This document shows, in pieces, positions 7,567 through 16,572 of a DNA stretch of 32,000 nt. Position numbers and translations under genes: made by a program. The notes beneath the pieces were generated by a model. The model was given only the letters and a program-made list of their open reading frames with translations, was not told where the DNA came from and did no database searches. Within the stretch, counting starts at the first letter, position 1. Each line of letters begins with the position of its first letter. This stretch comes from Candidatus Thalassarchaeaceae archaeon (GTDB taxonomy: Archaea > Thermoplasmatota > Poseidoniia > Poseidoniales > Thalassarchaeaceae), in NCBI GenBank assembly GCA_045568075.1, contig JBJLBP010000001.1:450001-482000 (forward strand), read 5' to 3'.

Positions 7567-9792
7567 ATGGCAGACGAATCGGATAAGGAATTGAAGCTCA
7601 GGGTAGCGAAGGCCATCCCGAGCGATGTCGGTCATGGAAGAGCCCGAGTGCCCTTCGACAACGAATTGAATCTCAAACCAGGAGATATCATTGAGATTGA
7701 AGGCGAGCGGTCAACCGCGGCAATCGTCTGGCGCTGTCGTCCTGAGGACGCGAACCTTGGTGTGATTCGTATTGACGGAATTATCCGTAAGAACGCGAGC
7801 GTCTCCCTTGGCGATCGCGTCACGGTTCGTAAGGTCGAGGCGCAGCCCTGCTCGCGCCTCGTGCTCAGCCCAGTCATGGCCAAGCAGCAAAAGGTTCGTT
7901 TCGGCCCCGGAATAGAGGGCTTCGCCCGACGTGGCCTCAACAAGAGGCCCGTTGTCTCTGGAGATCGAATTTTCATCCCGGGCATGACTCTCTTCGCAGA
8001 GGCTCTTCCATTCCAGATTGTGCAGACGAGCCCAAAGGGAATCGTCCAGGTTCTGCCCGACACTGAGATCATCATCAAGGAGGAAGCGGTTGACGAGGAC
8101 GAAGATGCCGAGGTCTCAAGCATCACCTACGAGGACATCGGAGGAATCGGCGAACAATTGCAAAAAGTCCGTGAGATGATTGAGCTTCCACTGAAGCATC
8201 CGGTCCTATTCCGCAGACTCGGTATCGACCCGCCTCGTGGTGTCCTACTCCACGGCCCTCCTGGTACTGGAAAAACACTCATCGCGAAGGCGGTTGCGTC
8301 TGAGACTCAGGCTCACTTCACTTCGATTAATGGGCCTGAGATTATCTCCAAGTATTACGGAGAGAGCGAGAAGCAATTGCGTGAAATTTTCGACGAAGCG
8401 ACCGCGAACGCGCCTGCAATCATTTTCATCGATGAACTCGATTCAATCGCACCCAAGCGTGAGGATGTATCCGGTGAGGTCGAACGGCGCGTCGTCGCCC
8501 AATTACTGACTTTGCTCGATGGAATGCAGGGCCGCGACAACGTCGTTGTCATCGGAGCGACAAATCGTCGCGACGCCATCGACCCAGCGTTGAGGCGACC
8601 AGGTCGCTTCGACCGTGAGTTGGAAATCGGAGTTCCTGACAAGAATGGTCGCGAGGAGATCCTCAATATCCATACTCGCGGCATGCCAATCAGTGATGAT
8701 TTCGATATGGATTGGCTGCTCGACAATTCCTACGGATTCGTCGGCGCAGATATCTCTGCACTCGTGCGCGAGGCAGCGATGAAGGCTCTACGCCGATATT
8801 TGCCGGAAATCGATCTCGACGAGGAGCAGATTCCCACTGAGGTCCTTGAAAAGATGGAGGTCAAGATGATTGATTTCCGTGAAGCCATCAAGGAGATTGA
8901 GCCAAGTGCTCTCCGCGAGATCTATGTCGAGATTCCCGAGATTTCTTGGGAACAAGTTGGTGGTCTAAAAGAGGTCAAAGAGAGGCTCAAGGAAAGCATC
9001 GAATGGCCGCTTACCCAGCCTGAGATGTTCGAACATTTCGGAATTAAACCTCCGCGTGGCATAGTTCTATTCGGGGCACCGGGGACTGGTAAGACACTGA
9101 TTGCTAAGGCAATCGCTAACGAAGCCAAGGCGAATTTCATCTCGATTAAGGGGCCTGAGATGGTCTCCAAATGGGTTGGAGAATCCGAGCGCGCAGTGCG
9201 TGAGGTATTCAAGAAGGCCAAGCAATCGAGTCCGTCAATCATCTTCCTCGATGAATTTGAGAGCATCGCTGGAGTTCGACGCACGATGTCGGGCGAAGGC
9301 TCGGACGTGATGAATCGCGTCGTCAATCAGTTGCTCTCAAGTATGGACGGGGTCGAATCGATGGAGGGTGTAATTGTCGTAGCAGCGACCAATCGTCCAG
9401 AGATGATTGATCCAGCTCTTCTTCGCAGCGGTCGCTTCGAGCGAGTCCTGCACATTCCTCCTCCGGATGCGGACTCGCGCATGGCGATTCTCAAAATTCA
9501 CACCAAGGACATGCCTTTGGGCAAGTTCTCCATCGATGACCTTGCGTCAAAATTGGACAACTTCACTGGCGCAGATATTGAATCAGTTTGCCGAGAAGCC
9601 GCGCTCATCGCTATGCGCGCGGGTCGTAAGTCGGTCTCCAAGAAGGCATTCGAGGAAGCTATTGCACGCGTGCGCCCCACCATCACCGATGAGATGATGG
9701 AGTACTACGGCCGCATGGAAGGTATGCTCACCAGCGGCCTTGAGTCGGTTCGCCGCCGACACAACACGCTCACTGGTATCGAAGCTGTTTGA
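7567..9792 (+). CDS. cdc48: Cdc48/VCP/VAT-type double-ring AAA+ ATPase
   Basis: 741 aa. It has an N-terminal double-psi-barrel-like domain and two AAA modules. Walker A motifs are [15 protein letters not shown] and [15 protein letters not shown]. Walker B motifs are IIFIDELD and IIFLDEFE. Pore loops are KYYGESE and KWVGESE. The C-terminus reads ...TGIEAV. Confidence 0.95.
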   Translation: MADESDKELKLRVAKAIPSDVGHGRARVPFDNELNLKPGDIIEIEGERSTAAIVWRCRPEDANLGVIRIDGIIRKNASVSLGDRVTVRKVEAQPCSRLVLSPVMAKQQKVRFGPGIEGFARRGLNKRPVVSGDRIFIPGMTLFAEALPFQIVQTSPKGIVQVLPDTEIIIKEEAVDEDEDAEVSSITYEDIGGIGEQLQKVREMIELPLKHPVLFRRLGIDPPRGVLLHGPPGTGKTLIAKAVASETQAHFTSINGPEIISKYYGESEKQLREIFDEATANAPAIIFIDELDSIAPKREDVSGEVERRVVAQLLTLLDGMQGRDNVVVIGATNRRDAIDPALRRPGRFDRELEIGVPDKNGREEILNIHTRGMPISDDFDMDWLLDNSYGFVGADISALVREAAMKALRRYLPEIDLDEEQIPTEVLEKMEVKMIDFREAIKEIEPSALREIYVEIPEISWEQVGGLKEVKERLKESIEWPLTQPEMFEHFGIKPPRGIVLFGAPGTGKTLIAKAIANEAKANFISIKGPEMVSKWVGESERAVREVFKKAKQSSPSIIFLDEFESIAGVRRTMSGEGSDVMNRVVNQLLSSMDGVESMEGVIVVAATNRPEMIDPALLRSGRFERVLHIPPPDADSRMAILKIHTKDMPLGKFSIDDLASKLDNFTGADIESVCREAALIAMRAGRKSVSKKAFEEAIARVRPTITDEMMEYYGRMEGMLTSGLESVRRRHNTLTGIEAV

Positions 9793-9797
9793 GGTGA
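9791..9797 (+). promoter_or_regulatory. Shine-Dalgarno GAGGTGA for the PRC-barrel gene, overlapping the cdc48 stop codon
   Basis: The sequence is tGAGGTGAagaaATG. The TGA stop of cdc48 is at 9790-9792 and the ATG is at 9802. Confidence 0.5.
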
Positions 9798-9801
9798 AGA
9801 A

Positions 9802-10044
9802 ATGCCGACAACATTCGGTCGGGAAATTCTCGGGCGCGATGTCGTCGATCAAGCCGCTGACAAACTCGGTGTACTTGCCGATTTCAGAATTGATATGGCG
9901 ACTGGTAGCATCACTGCGCTACTCGTCGCTTTGGAGGCAGATCTTGACCCAGCGATGCTACCTTGGCCGACCGTTGAGGGGCTTCTATCTGTGCCCATCG
10001 AGGAGATCGCTGAGGTCGGAGTGAACATCCAACTCTCCCGCTGA
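9802..10044 (+). CDS. Small PRC-barrel domain protein (CdpB-like)
   Basis: 80 aa. The pattern GRDVVDQAADKLGVLADFRIDMATGSITALLV...LPWPTVEGLLSVPIEEIAEVGVNIQL matches stand-alone archaeal PRC-barrel proteins (GxxVxxxxGxxlGxlxDxxxDxxtGxixxlvv...vPxxxI). Confidence 0.75.
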   Translation: MPTTFGREILGRDVVDQAADKLGVLADFRIDMATGSITALLVALEADLDPAMLPWPTVEGLLSVPIEEIAEVGVNIQLSR

Positions 10045-10133
10045 GCCGATGCAAGTACCGTTCAGCGGTGAATAACGGTCTTAAGTCGAAGTTGAGGCTC
10101 GTGAGTCGTTCCGTAGGAACGGTGGCTTGCAGC

Positions 10134-11777
10134 ATGGCGGATTTCCGAGTATGGATGAGACGGCTCAGGTCGAGGCAGTCTCGCCGTCTTGCGGTCACCA
10201 CAGCCTTCTGGTTGATGCTCGGAATTCTGCTGTTTTCAATACTCCAAACATACATCATCAGCGGAGAAAAGCAGCAATCAGCTTACGGTGATGATTGGAA
10301 CGATCTCAGTGGATTCCGCGAAGAAGTTTCCAATCTCGGGGTCGAGACAACGGCTCTCATTTCGAGTCCGCTATTGCTCGCAGAGATCGATAACCCCGAG
10401 CAATCAATTTTCGTTATCTCGGGAGTCGAACGCGATACCATATCTCTTCCAAAGTTCACGGGTGATGAAACCATAGTCGACTTCCGAGAAGCAGACGGTT
10501 ACACGAGTTCAGAAATCAAGGCGATCGAGGATTTCGTTGATTCAGGAGGCACTCTCATGCTGATGGATGACTTCGGTTATTCCGCAGGTCTCGCTGATGA
10601 ATACGGACTCAGCTACTCCGGTCATCACCTCTACGATGGTGAGGCATGGGCCCGTGAACTCGACTTCAATTTCGTCTGGGTCAACGAAACTTCCGCTTAC
10701 AATTTCACTTCAACGTCCGGTTCGGTTGCGATGGCAATGCATCCGTGCTTGCGTGATTTAGACATGGACGGCATCATCGACCTTCTCGATGACGAGCCGT
10801 ATAATCCGAATGTCGGTGGAGTCATCACTGCACAAAACGTTGGCCTATGTGCCCATCGTTGGGATGAAGAATCGGGTGATTGGGATTTCTCTGAGAATTA
10901 CAATTTGTTGACCAATTCACCCTCTGCATTCGAGAAGGATGGCGCTTTCAATCCGGCTGAGAATCGTTACGCAATCAGCGCCAGCACTCTCGATTCGTAC
11001 CTCGATACGAATGATGACGGTAACCTAACTGTCGGCTTCGAAGCGGCCGGAATCGCTGGCGATGAGCAAGGTCCGTTCGCTGTATATGTACGATACTGTG
11101 TTGACAGAATGTGCCTCGACGCAACATCGGGAAGAGTTCACTTTCTCAGTGATGGCTCGCTACTGATCAACTCGCTTTACGAAGCGGGACCGTCCAGCAT
11201 TTACGAGGATTCAGTGCCGGTTAACGATAACCGCAAGTGGGCGCTCGACATCATCGCCGAAGCACTCCTCCTCGGAAACACAAGCACCAACGCCGGAGAA
11301 GAGGCGATCATCATCTTCGATGAATCTCGCCACCAGCAGGAGACCCCAATGGGGGATACATACAACCTGCTGTACTACGTTCTCGTCTACTTCACCAACG
11401 ATTGGATGGCGATGCTCATTCTGTTCCTGACCCTATTCATCATACTTGAGGCAGTCCTCATCCGCAAGGACGATCCAGAGGACTGGCGCCACGTCTTCCG
11501 CATCATCTACTATGGATTTGGAGACGCCCGTCGCTACGAATACTACCAGCGCCCGGGGAAGATCAGACAGGTGTTATTGAGCAGGGTGCGTAATCTCAAC
11601 ACGTTGTCGCGCGAGGAGTTCGATGCCTTACCAGCTATCGAACTCCAACGTATGGTCGAGGACCCCGTACTCGTCCAATTCATCTTCGAGGACCGGCGTT
11701 ACAAGCCTGACGAACTTGTTGGAATCATTAAGCGAATCAAGGCCTGGGGCCAGACCAATGAGGAGAGTGATGCCTAA
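10134..11777 (+). CDS. Membrane-anchored ectodomain protein, GldG/DUF4350-like, with a TSP3-like acidic Ca-binding motif
   Basis: This is track ORF 10068..11777 (GTG) trimmed to ATG 10134, which lies just before the N-terminal TM (LAVTTAFWLMLGILLFSILQTYII). The DUF4350-like core is SIFVISGVE...EIKAIEDFVDSGGTLMLMDDFGY. A second TM lies near the C-terminus (MAMLILFLTLFIILEAVLI), followed by a basic/aromatic cytoplasmic tail. The family call is by eye only. Confidence 0.55.
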   Translation: MADFRVWMRRLRSRQSRRLAVTTAFWLMLGILLFSILQTYIISGEKQQSAYGDDWNDLSGFREEVSNLGVETTALISSPLLLAEIDNPEQSIFVISGVERDTISLPKFTGDETIVDFREADGYTSSEIKAIEDFVDSGGTLMLMDDFGYSAGLADEYGLSYSGHHLYDGEAWARELDFNFVWVNETSAYNFTSTSGSVAMAMHPCLRDLDMDGIIDLLDDEPYNPNVGGVITAQNVGLCAHRWDEESGDWDFSENYNLLTNSPSAFEKDGAFNPAENRYAISASTLDSYLDTNDDGNLTVGFEAAGIAGDEQGPFAVYVRYCVDRMCLDATSGRVHFLSDGSLLINSLYEAGPSSIYEDSVPVNDNRKWALDIIAEALLLGNTSTNAGEEAIIIFDESRHQQETPMGDTYNLLYYVLVYFTNDWMAMLILFLTLFIILEAVLIRKDDPEDWRHVFRIIYYGFGDARRYEYYQRPGKIRQVLLSRVRNLNTLSREEFDALPAIELQRMVEDPVLVQFIFEDRRYKPDELVGIIKRIKAWGQTNEESDA

Positions 11778-13030
11778 TGTGGACACGTAAGGCTGCAATC
11801 ATGCTAACCAGTGGAATCTCACTGATTCTCGTTGGAATGATGATTTCTCACTTCCAACTGATGATCATCGGACTCACTTTTGTTGCCTTCTTGGTCATCA
11901 ATGGCTGGGTCACAGGACACTCGGACCTTGAGGTAACACGCAACATTTCTGCCCAAAATGTGTACAAGGGTGACGACGTACTAGTCGAGGTGAGTGTCAC
12001 GAACAACTCGTATCGTCGAACACAATTGCTCGAGGTGTTCGACAATGTGCCGCATGAGATGAAAATGCGACGCGGCATCAATCAGATGCGAATGAATCTC
12101 GGACCGGGTCAATCGGCAACGATGCGATACACGGTCCGTTGCCCGCTGCGCGGGCATTACACGATTGGTCCCGTCTCGGTCCGACACCGAAACGCGTTCA
12201 ATCTCTTCACCAACGAATCCCGCGTCAAGGACCGCACCGACATCACAGTCTTCCCTCAGGTGCGTGAGGTCGAAGAGGCTCTTCTTCGCTCGAATGTTCC
12301 TAAGATGTACACCGGTGCAACCACACTCAAGACTCCTGGGCAAGGAATGGAATTCTACTCTCTGCGTGAGTATCTGCCAGGTGATGCTTTCCGCATGATC
12401 AATTGGAAGGCCTTCGCTCGCACCGGTGAGCTGATGGTCAATGAGAAGACTCGTGACGCTGTCACGGACGTCTTCATTATTCTCGATACACGCGACATCG
12501 CACGTATTGGAACCGTGCTGAAAAATCCGCTTGAAATGGGCACGGTTGCTGCGGCGTCGATTGCAAATTATTTCATCCGACGCCGGGACTCTGTATCGAT
12601 CGTTACATTCGGTGACAGGATGAATTACTTACCACCAGAAACTGGTGACAAGCAGTACTACAAGACTCTCAGCATGCTTGCTGGAGTCGAGGCAAAGGGC
12701 AGCATGCCGCTGCAAGCGGTCACCAATGCGATGACCTCTCGTATTAGCCGCGGTTCACCGGTATTCATTATCAGTAGCCTCGAGGGAGACGGAACCACAC
12801 TACCAGCAATCCGCAATCTTGCAGGCAAGGGTCACGAGGTCATCGTACTCTCTCCGAGTAGCATCGACCTTGAGCGTCTTGTCAGTCGTATTCCTCGTAT
12901 GTCTTACGAGGTCCTCAAACTCGAACGCCAGAATCGCCTCACGGCAATTTCTGGTTATGGAGCCAAAGTAATCGATTGGATGCCTGACATCGAATTGTCG
13001 CAGGCTCTCCTACAGGTGAAGACAGTCTAG
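11777..13030 (+). CDS. DUF58 family protein (N-terminal TM hairpin, Ig-like domain, vWA-like domain)
   Basis: Carries the hallmark DUF58 motif EFYSLREYLPGDAFRMINWKAFARTGELMVNEK (nt 12353-12448) and a CARDB-like stretch YKGDDVLVEVSVTNNS. The start overlaps the upstream stop (TAATG), with GGAGAGTGA upstream at 11762-11770. Confidence 0.8.
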   Translation: MWTRKAAIMLTSGISLILVGMMISHFQLMIIGLTFVAFLVINGWVTGHSDLEVTRNISAQNVYKGDDVLVEVSVTNNSYRRTQLLEVFDNVPHEMKMRRGINQMRMNLGPGQSATMRYTVRCPLRGHYTIGPVSVRHRNAFNLFTNESRVKDRTDITVFPQVREVEEALLRSNVPKMYTGATTLKTPGQGMEFYSLREYLPGDAFRMINWKAFARTGELMVNEKTRDAVTDVFIILDTRDIARIGTVLKNPLEMGTVAAASIANYFIRRRDSVSIVTFGDRMNYLPPETGDKQYYKTLSMLAGVEAKGSMPLQAVTNAMTSRISRGSPVFIISSLEGDGTTLPAIRNLAGKGHEVIVLSPSSIDLERLVSRIPRMSYEVLKLERQNRLTAISGYGAKVIDWMPDIELSQALLQVKTV

Positions 13031-13054
13031 AATCAAAAATCAGCGATAAGAAAA

Positions 13055-13062
13055 GGAGGTGA
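13055..13062 (+). promoter_or_regulatory. Shine-Dalgarno GGAGGTGA for the 405-aa membrane protein
   Basis: The sequence is aaaaGGAGGTGAgagaATG, with the ATG at 13067. Confidence 0.6.
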
Positions 13063-13066
13063 GAGA

Positions 13067-14284
13067 ATGGCAATGGAAAGCGTACCACCGAGTCAAACAC
13101 TCCACCTACCGCGCCTGCGCCGCCGGTGGCAAGTTCTCTTCCTGCAGATTATCGCCACCGCCGCCCTCATGCTGCTACTATTCCGTATGACGGAGGTCTA
13201 CGGGCCGTGTGACGAAGGTTTCCTCGAAGAGGGGAATGAGTGGTGTCCATCCTATGAGCATACGAGAGGTCTGATGTGGGCTAGCGAGCAACCATCCTTC
13301 CAGTCGAATATTCTCGCAGGTTCGGATGGTCTCATAATTCCTCGATTCTTGATGGGCGTGGACTCGACAGGATTCGCCAGTCAAATGGTTCCTTTGGCGC
13401 TGTGTTTCGTCCTTGCTGGTGCATGGATCTTCTACCAGACACGCAACGATAATTTCCGCTCTTGGACTCGACGAGGTGTAATTGGAATCGTCACACTGTG
13501 GGCCTTTATTCCGTTCCTAATCTCTTGGTTTAGCGGGATTTCTAGTTATGGATTTCATATTCCGTTTGAGCATCTTGGTTCGCTTTTCCAACCAATGCAA
13601 TTGCTTGTTGAGATTTTCTTCCTCGGCGTAGTTTTTGCTCCAATTCTCGCCGGTCTCATCGGCATTTGGGGTCTATCTCGTCGGGCTCTGACTTGGTCGG
13701 TTGGATTCTTCCTGATGGTGATTGGAATTCATGCCTTGCTGACTTTTGAGGGCATCACCGATGCTGTCTCCGGTATTGGCCTGAGGCCTTTGCCAGCTCA
13801 AATCGGTGAGGCGACTCTCTACGGTGGGCTAATCTCGCCACTTGCCTTCGATCTTCTTGGAATCGCGATCCTACTACTTCTCTTCCATGAGGCTGGAAAT
13901 GCTGTCATCGGACATCTGGAATACGCTGTGATGCTGCCGGATGCGACGAAGTCCGATCCCGAATATGTCAGACAATTCACCAATGTGATCAACAGCCACG
14001 TGCTTCACACGATTGGGATCATTTGTGGTGTGGCTCTGACCACCGCTTTGGCCTTAGAATTCGATGGACTCATGCTCGATATCGTTGCCGTGATGGAAGG
14101 TGGTCAATGGAGTGGTCAGGTGGCTGAATCTCTCGAATTACAATTGACCTATGGAAAGGTCATTTCGGCTGGATTGTTCTTACTGGCTGTCGCCGGAATG
14201 CGCTATGTAGTGCCTTGGCAGCGTGTCAGTGGATTGCTTGAGGCAGGTATTGCTAGTCTGCGCGGCTCACGCGCAGAGTCTTGA
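13067..14284 (+). CDS. Polytopic (about 8-9 TM) membrane protein, unknown family, last gene of the cdc48-DUF58 cluster
   Basis: 405-aa ORF with a strong SD and many hydrophobic helices. I recognise no catalytic motif. Confidence 0.7.
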   Translation: MAMESVPPSQTLHLPRLRRRWQVLFLQIIATAALMLLLFRMTEVYGPCDEGFLEEGNEWCPSYEHTRGLMWASEQPSFQSNILAGSDGLIIPRFLMGVDSTGFASQMVPLALCFVLAGAWIFYQTRNDNFRSWTRRGVIGIVTLWAFIPFLISWFSGISSYGFHIPFEHLGSLFQPMQLLVEIFFLGVVFAPILAGLIGIWGLSRRALTWSVGFFLMVIGIHALLTFEGITDAVSGIGLRPLPAQIGEATLYGGLISPLAFDLLGIAILLLLFHEAGNAVIGHLEYAVMLPDATKSDPEYVRQFTNVINSHVLHTIGIICGVALTTALALEFDGLMLDIVAVMEGGQWSGQVAESLELQLTYGKVISAGLFLLAVAGMRYVVPWQRVSGLLEAGIASLRGSRAES

Positions 14285-14319
14285 GAACGCCTTGTTAGGA
14301 TGGTTGATTCCGCTCTCAA

Positions 14320-14571
14320 TCAGCGGACTCCTTGCAATTTTTCTATGAATAGAATCAGTTGGTTAGCTACTATGAGAGCGAGTAGGCCCAGGCCAATTAC
14401 GGCTGCTGGCTTGGCCCACCAACCAATGTGAGGGTCGAGCGCACCGATGACCTCATCCCCAATCTGCCAAACTCCCACGATACAGGTGATGAGGACAATT
14501 CGCTCCTTCCAAGGAGAGGTGCGCTTACCAGGTGTGGCGGCGCGTCCGGGTAGATTGCGCACCTCACTCAT
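14320..14571 (-). CDS. Possible small two-TM membrane protein (83 aa)
   Basis: This is track ORF 14320..14772 trimmed to ATG 14571, because the upstream part overlaps the tRNA-thiolase gene. The remaining MSEVRNLPGRAATPGKRTSPWKERIVLITCIVGVWQIGDEVIGAL...AAVIGLGLLALIVANQLILFI has two plausible TM helices. It has no SD and no recognisable family. Confidence 0.3.
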   Translation of the reverse strand: MSEVRNLPGRAATPGKRTSPWKERIVLITCIVGVWQIGDEVIGALDPHIGWWAKPAAVIGLGLLALIVANQLILFIEKLQGVR

Positions 14572-14676
14572 GGGCCGCGTGCAGCGTTTTATGCCCATCA
14601 ATGCACCGATTGGCGTAGATGGCGGTGCTTTCGGCCTTGTAGTTGGGTTCAAGCCGCAGAGGTCTGCCGAACGAAC

Positions 14677-15684
14677 ATGGCAGAAGGCATCAGCATCCAA
14701 GGCTGCAGCCGCTGCGGAAAGCCCGCAATACTGCATCAGGAATACAGCGGGCAGCACTTCTGCGCCTACCATCTAGGACGGTCGATACGCAAGCGTGTAT
14801 CGAAGGATTTGCGCAATCAATTGGTACTCCCTAAGGACGCAAGACACGAAGATGGCCGCCCTTTCACCATCCTTGCTTGTATCTCGGGCGGCAAGGATTC
14901 AGCAGTCCTTCTCGATATGCTCGTCGACATCATCTCTAAACGGCGAGACGTGCATATCGTCGCAGGTTGCGTCGACGAAGGAATCGATGGTTACCGAGCA
15001 CCCTCATTGGAGTGCGCACGAGAACTCGCAGAGTCGCTTGGCATCGAGTTCGTCACTCTATCCTACGAAGAAATGGGCTACGAGCGCATGGACGAGGTAG
15101 TCCGCAGGATGCCAGTTATAGCCGAAAATAACTCTGAGGCCAAGGGAATGATGCCATGCTCGTATTGTGGAGTTTTCCGCCGGCAAAGCCTCAACGCTCT
15201 CGCTGAGAAAGTCAACGCTGACGTGATGGCACTCGGTCACAACCTCGACGACATGGCACAGTCGATTTTGATGAATTTGCAGAAGGGTGAGATTGAGCGC
15301 AGTGTTCGTCTCGCCCCACACACCGATACGCCAATCGAGGGACTTGCTCCTCGCATCGTCCCTCTTCGATGGATTCCGGAGCAGGAAATTCATGCCTACG
15401 CATTCGCCAAGGGTATGCCAATCCACCATGGAGATTGTCCACATGCTCCGGGTGCAATGCGACAACAGAGTCGGGCGATCGTGGCCGCGCTTGAGGCTCA
15501 AAGCCCAGGCGCGCGGCATGGACTATTACACGCGCTCGAACAGATTCGTGAATTGCATCGTGAGGCGCGTGGAGATCCGCACAGCGCAGTCACAAATTGC
15601 CAGGAGTGTGGGGAAATTACCAGTCGCCCGGTTTGCCAATCTTGCACGATGAAGACCTGGCTCAGTGAATCTGGCATCAATTGA
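14677..15684 (+). CDS. TtuA/Ncs6(NcsA)-family tRNA 2-thiolation PP-loop ATPase
   Basis: It has an N-terminal zinc finger (CSRCGKPA...HFCAYH), the PP-loop SGGKDS, the motifs CSYCGVFRR and GHNLDD, and a C-terminal CQECGE...CQSC zinc finger. Confidence 0.85.
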   Translation: MAEGISIQGCSRCGKPAILHQEYSGQHFCAYHLGRSIRKRVSKDLRNQLVLPKDARHEDGRPFTILACISGGKDSAVLLDMLVDIISKRRDVHIVAGCVDEGIDGYRAPSLECARELAESLGIEFVTLSYEEMGYERMDEVVRRMPVIAENNSEAKGMMPCSYCGVFRRQSLNALAEKVNADVMALGHNLDDMAQSILMNLQKGEIERSVRLAPHTDTPIEGLAPRIVPLRWIPEQEIHAYAFAKGMPIHHGDCPHAPGAMRQQSRAIVAALEAQSPGARHGLLHALEQIRELHREARGDPHSAVTNCQECGEITSRPVCQSCTMKTWLSESGIN

Positions 15685-16108
15685 AGTTGACATCCAGTTC
15701 CATATGATCGCTGACAGACTTGTGAACTGGGCAAGCCATCGCACGCTTGATGAGGAATTCTCGATCTTCCGAACTCAGTTCTGCGGGCATCGTGATTTCA
15801 ACCTCAAGTCGAGCCACCCGTCGAGGTCCTCCAGCCATGATCTTCTCCACCGAGCCGTTCATTCCAGCTACATCCAGCCCTCGAGAATCAGCAGCAATCG
15901 CAATAATTGTCATCATACAATTTAGCATCGAAGTTGCCAACAAATCAGTAGGAGAGAATGACTCACCCTTCCCTTTGTTGTCGACGGGAGCATCGGTGAC
16001 GAGAGTCTCTCCTGACGGCCCATGGGTCGCAGTGCATCGAAGTCCGCCATCATAGACGGCTTGGATACGAACCAGAGCAAATCTCCCCCTATGCCTCTGT
16101 AGTTTCAA
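15677..16108 (-). CDS. osmC: OsmC/Ohr-family peroxiredoxin-like protein
   Basis: OsmC pattern: YDGGLRCTATHGPSGETLVTDAP...GKGESFSPTDLLATSMLNCM...ACPVHKS. The only available start is TTG 16108-16106, which overlaps the pyrI stop as TTGA. Confidence 0.8.
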   Translation of the reverse strand: MKLQRHRGRFALVRIQAVYDGGLRCTATHGPSGETLVTDAPVDNKGKGESFSPTDLLATSMLNCMMTIIAIAADSRGLDVAGMNGSVEKIMAGGPRRVARLEVEITMPAELSSEDREFLIKRAMACPVHKSVSDHMELDVNFN

Positions 16109-16572
16109 AGAATGGAATCTGCCATTTCATCAATCGATTGTGTTCGTCCACAGTAAGCGCAGCGAACATCGAGCGGATCTTCGCTGACAACTCGCAACTT
16201 GTGTGGTAGCGGCTCGCGCGTGTTCTGAGTGATACAATTCCAGAAGGAACAGCGCGCGATATTCACCAATTCCTCACCCAGTTCAATCTCACGCTTCTCG
16301 GCCACGCTGTAATTGCGGATGATTGCGACCGAGGCATGAGGAGCGATCAGTGCGAGTCGGTCGAGTTCAACCTGAGTCAACTCGCGATCCTCAATCTTCA
16401 GCACATCCTTCCGCCCAACCTTTCCGCTAGGCACATTCATCACGAGGCTGATTGGGTTTGAGCGGCCAACATCAACACGTAGCATCTGCATCACTTGCAG
16501 CGCCTTACCAGCTGGAATGTGGTCGACAACAGTGCCGTTGCAGATTGCGGTGACACGCCTCATTTCACTCAT
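16105..16572 (-). CDS. pyrI: Aspartate carbamoyltransferase regulatory chain
   Basis: The N-terminus reads VTAICNGTVVDHIP, and the C-terminal zinc domain has the cysteines CSFWNC...CAYCG. An ATGA overlap links it to the pyrB stop. Confidence 0.9.
   Translation of the reverse strand: MSEMRRVTAICNGTVVDHIPAGKALQVMQMLRVDVGRSNPISLVMNVPSGKVGRKDVLKIEDRELTQVELDRLALIAPHASVAIIRNYSVAEKREIELGEELVNIARCSFWNCITQNTREPLPHKLRVVSEDPLDVRCAYCGRTQSIDEMADSIL

Noticed and set aside
14310-14326. Hairpin CCGCT-ctcaatc-AGCGG between the convergent genes ending at 14284 and 14320, considered as a terminator
   Set aside because: The stem is only 5 bp with a 7-nt loop, it overlaps the minus-strand stop codon, and no T-tract follows. 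This is too weak to call.
14640-14670. tRNA-like T-loop string GGGTTCAAGCC upstream of the thiolase gene, plus a general scan of all intergenic gaps for tRNA, rRNA, CRISPR or IS ends
   Set aside because: The flanking bases do not form a T-stem, and no acceptor or anticodon arms can be drawn. No gap contains direct repeats with spacers, terminal inverted repeats or rRNA-like sequence.
14447-14776. 109-aa plus-strand ORF and the 150-aa minus-strand ORF (14320..14772) in the gap before the tRNA-thiolase gene
   Set aside because: The plus ORF is Arg/Pro/Ala-rich with no motif, and it overlaps both the thiolase start and the more plausible small membrane ORF. The upper part of the minus ORF overlaps the thiolase gene. 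Only the 83-aa two-TM core is kept, at low confidence.
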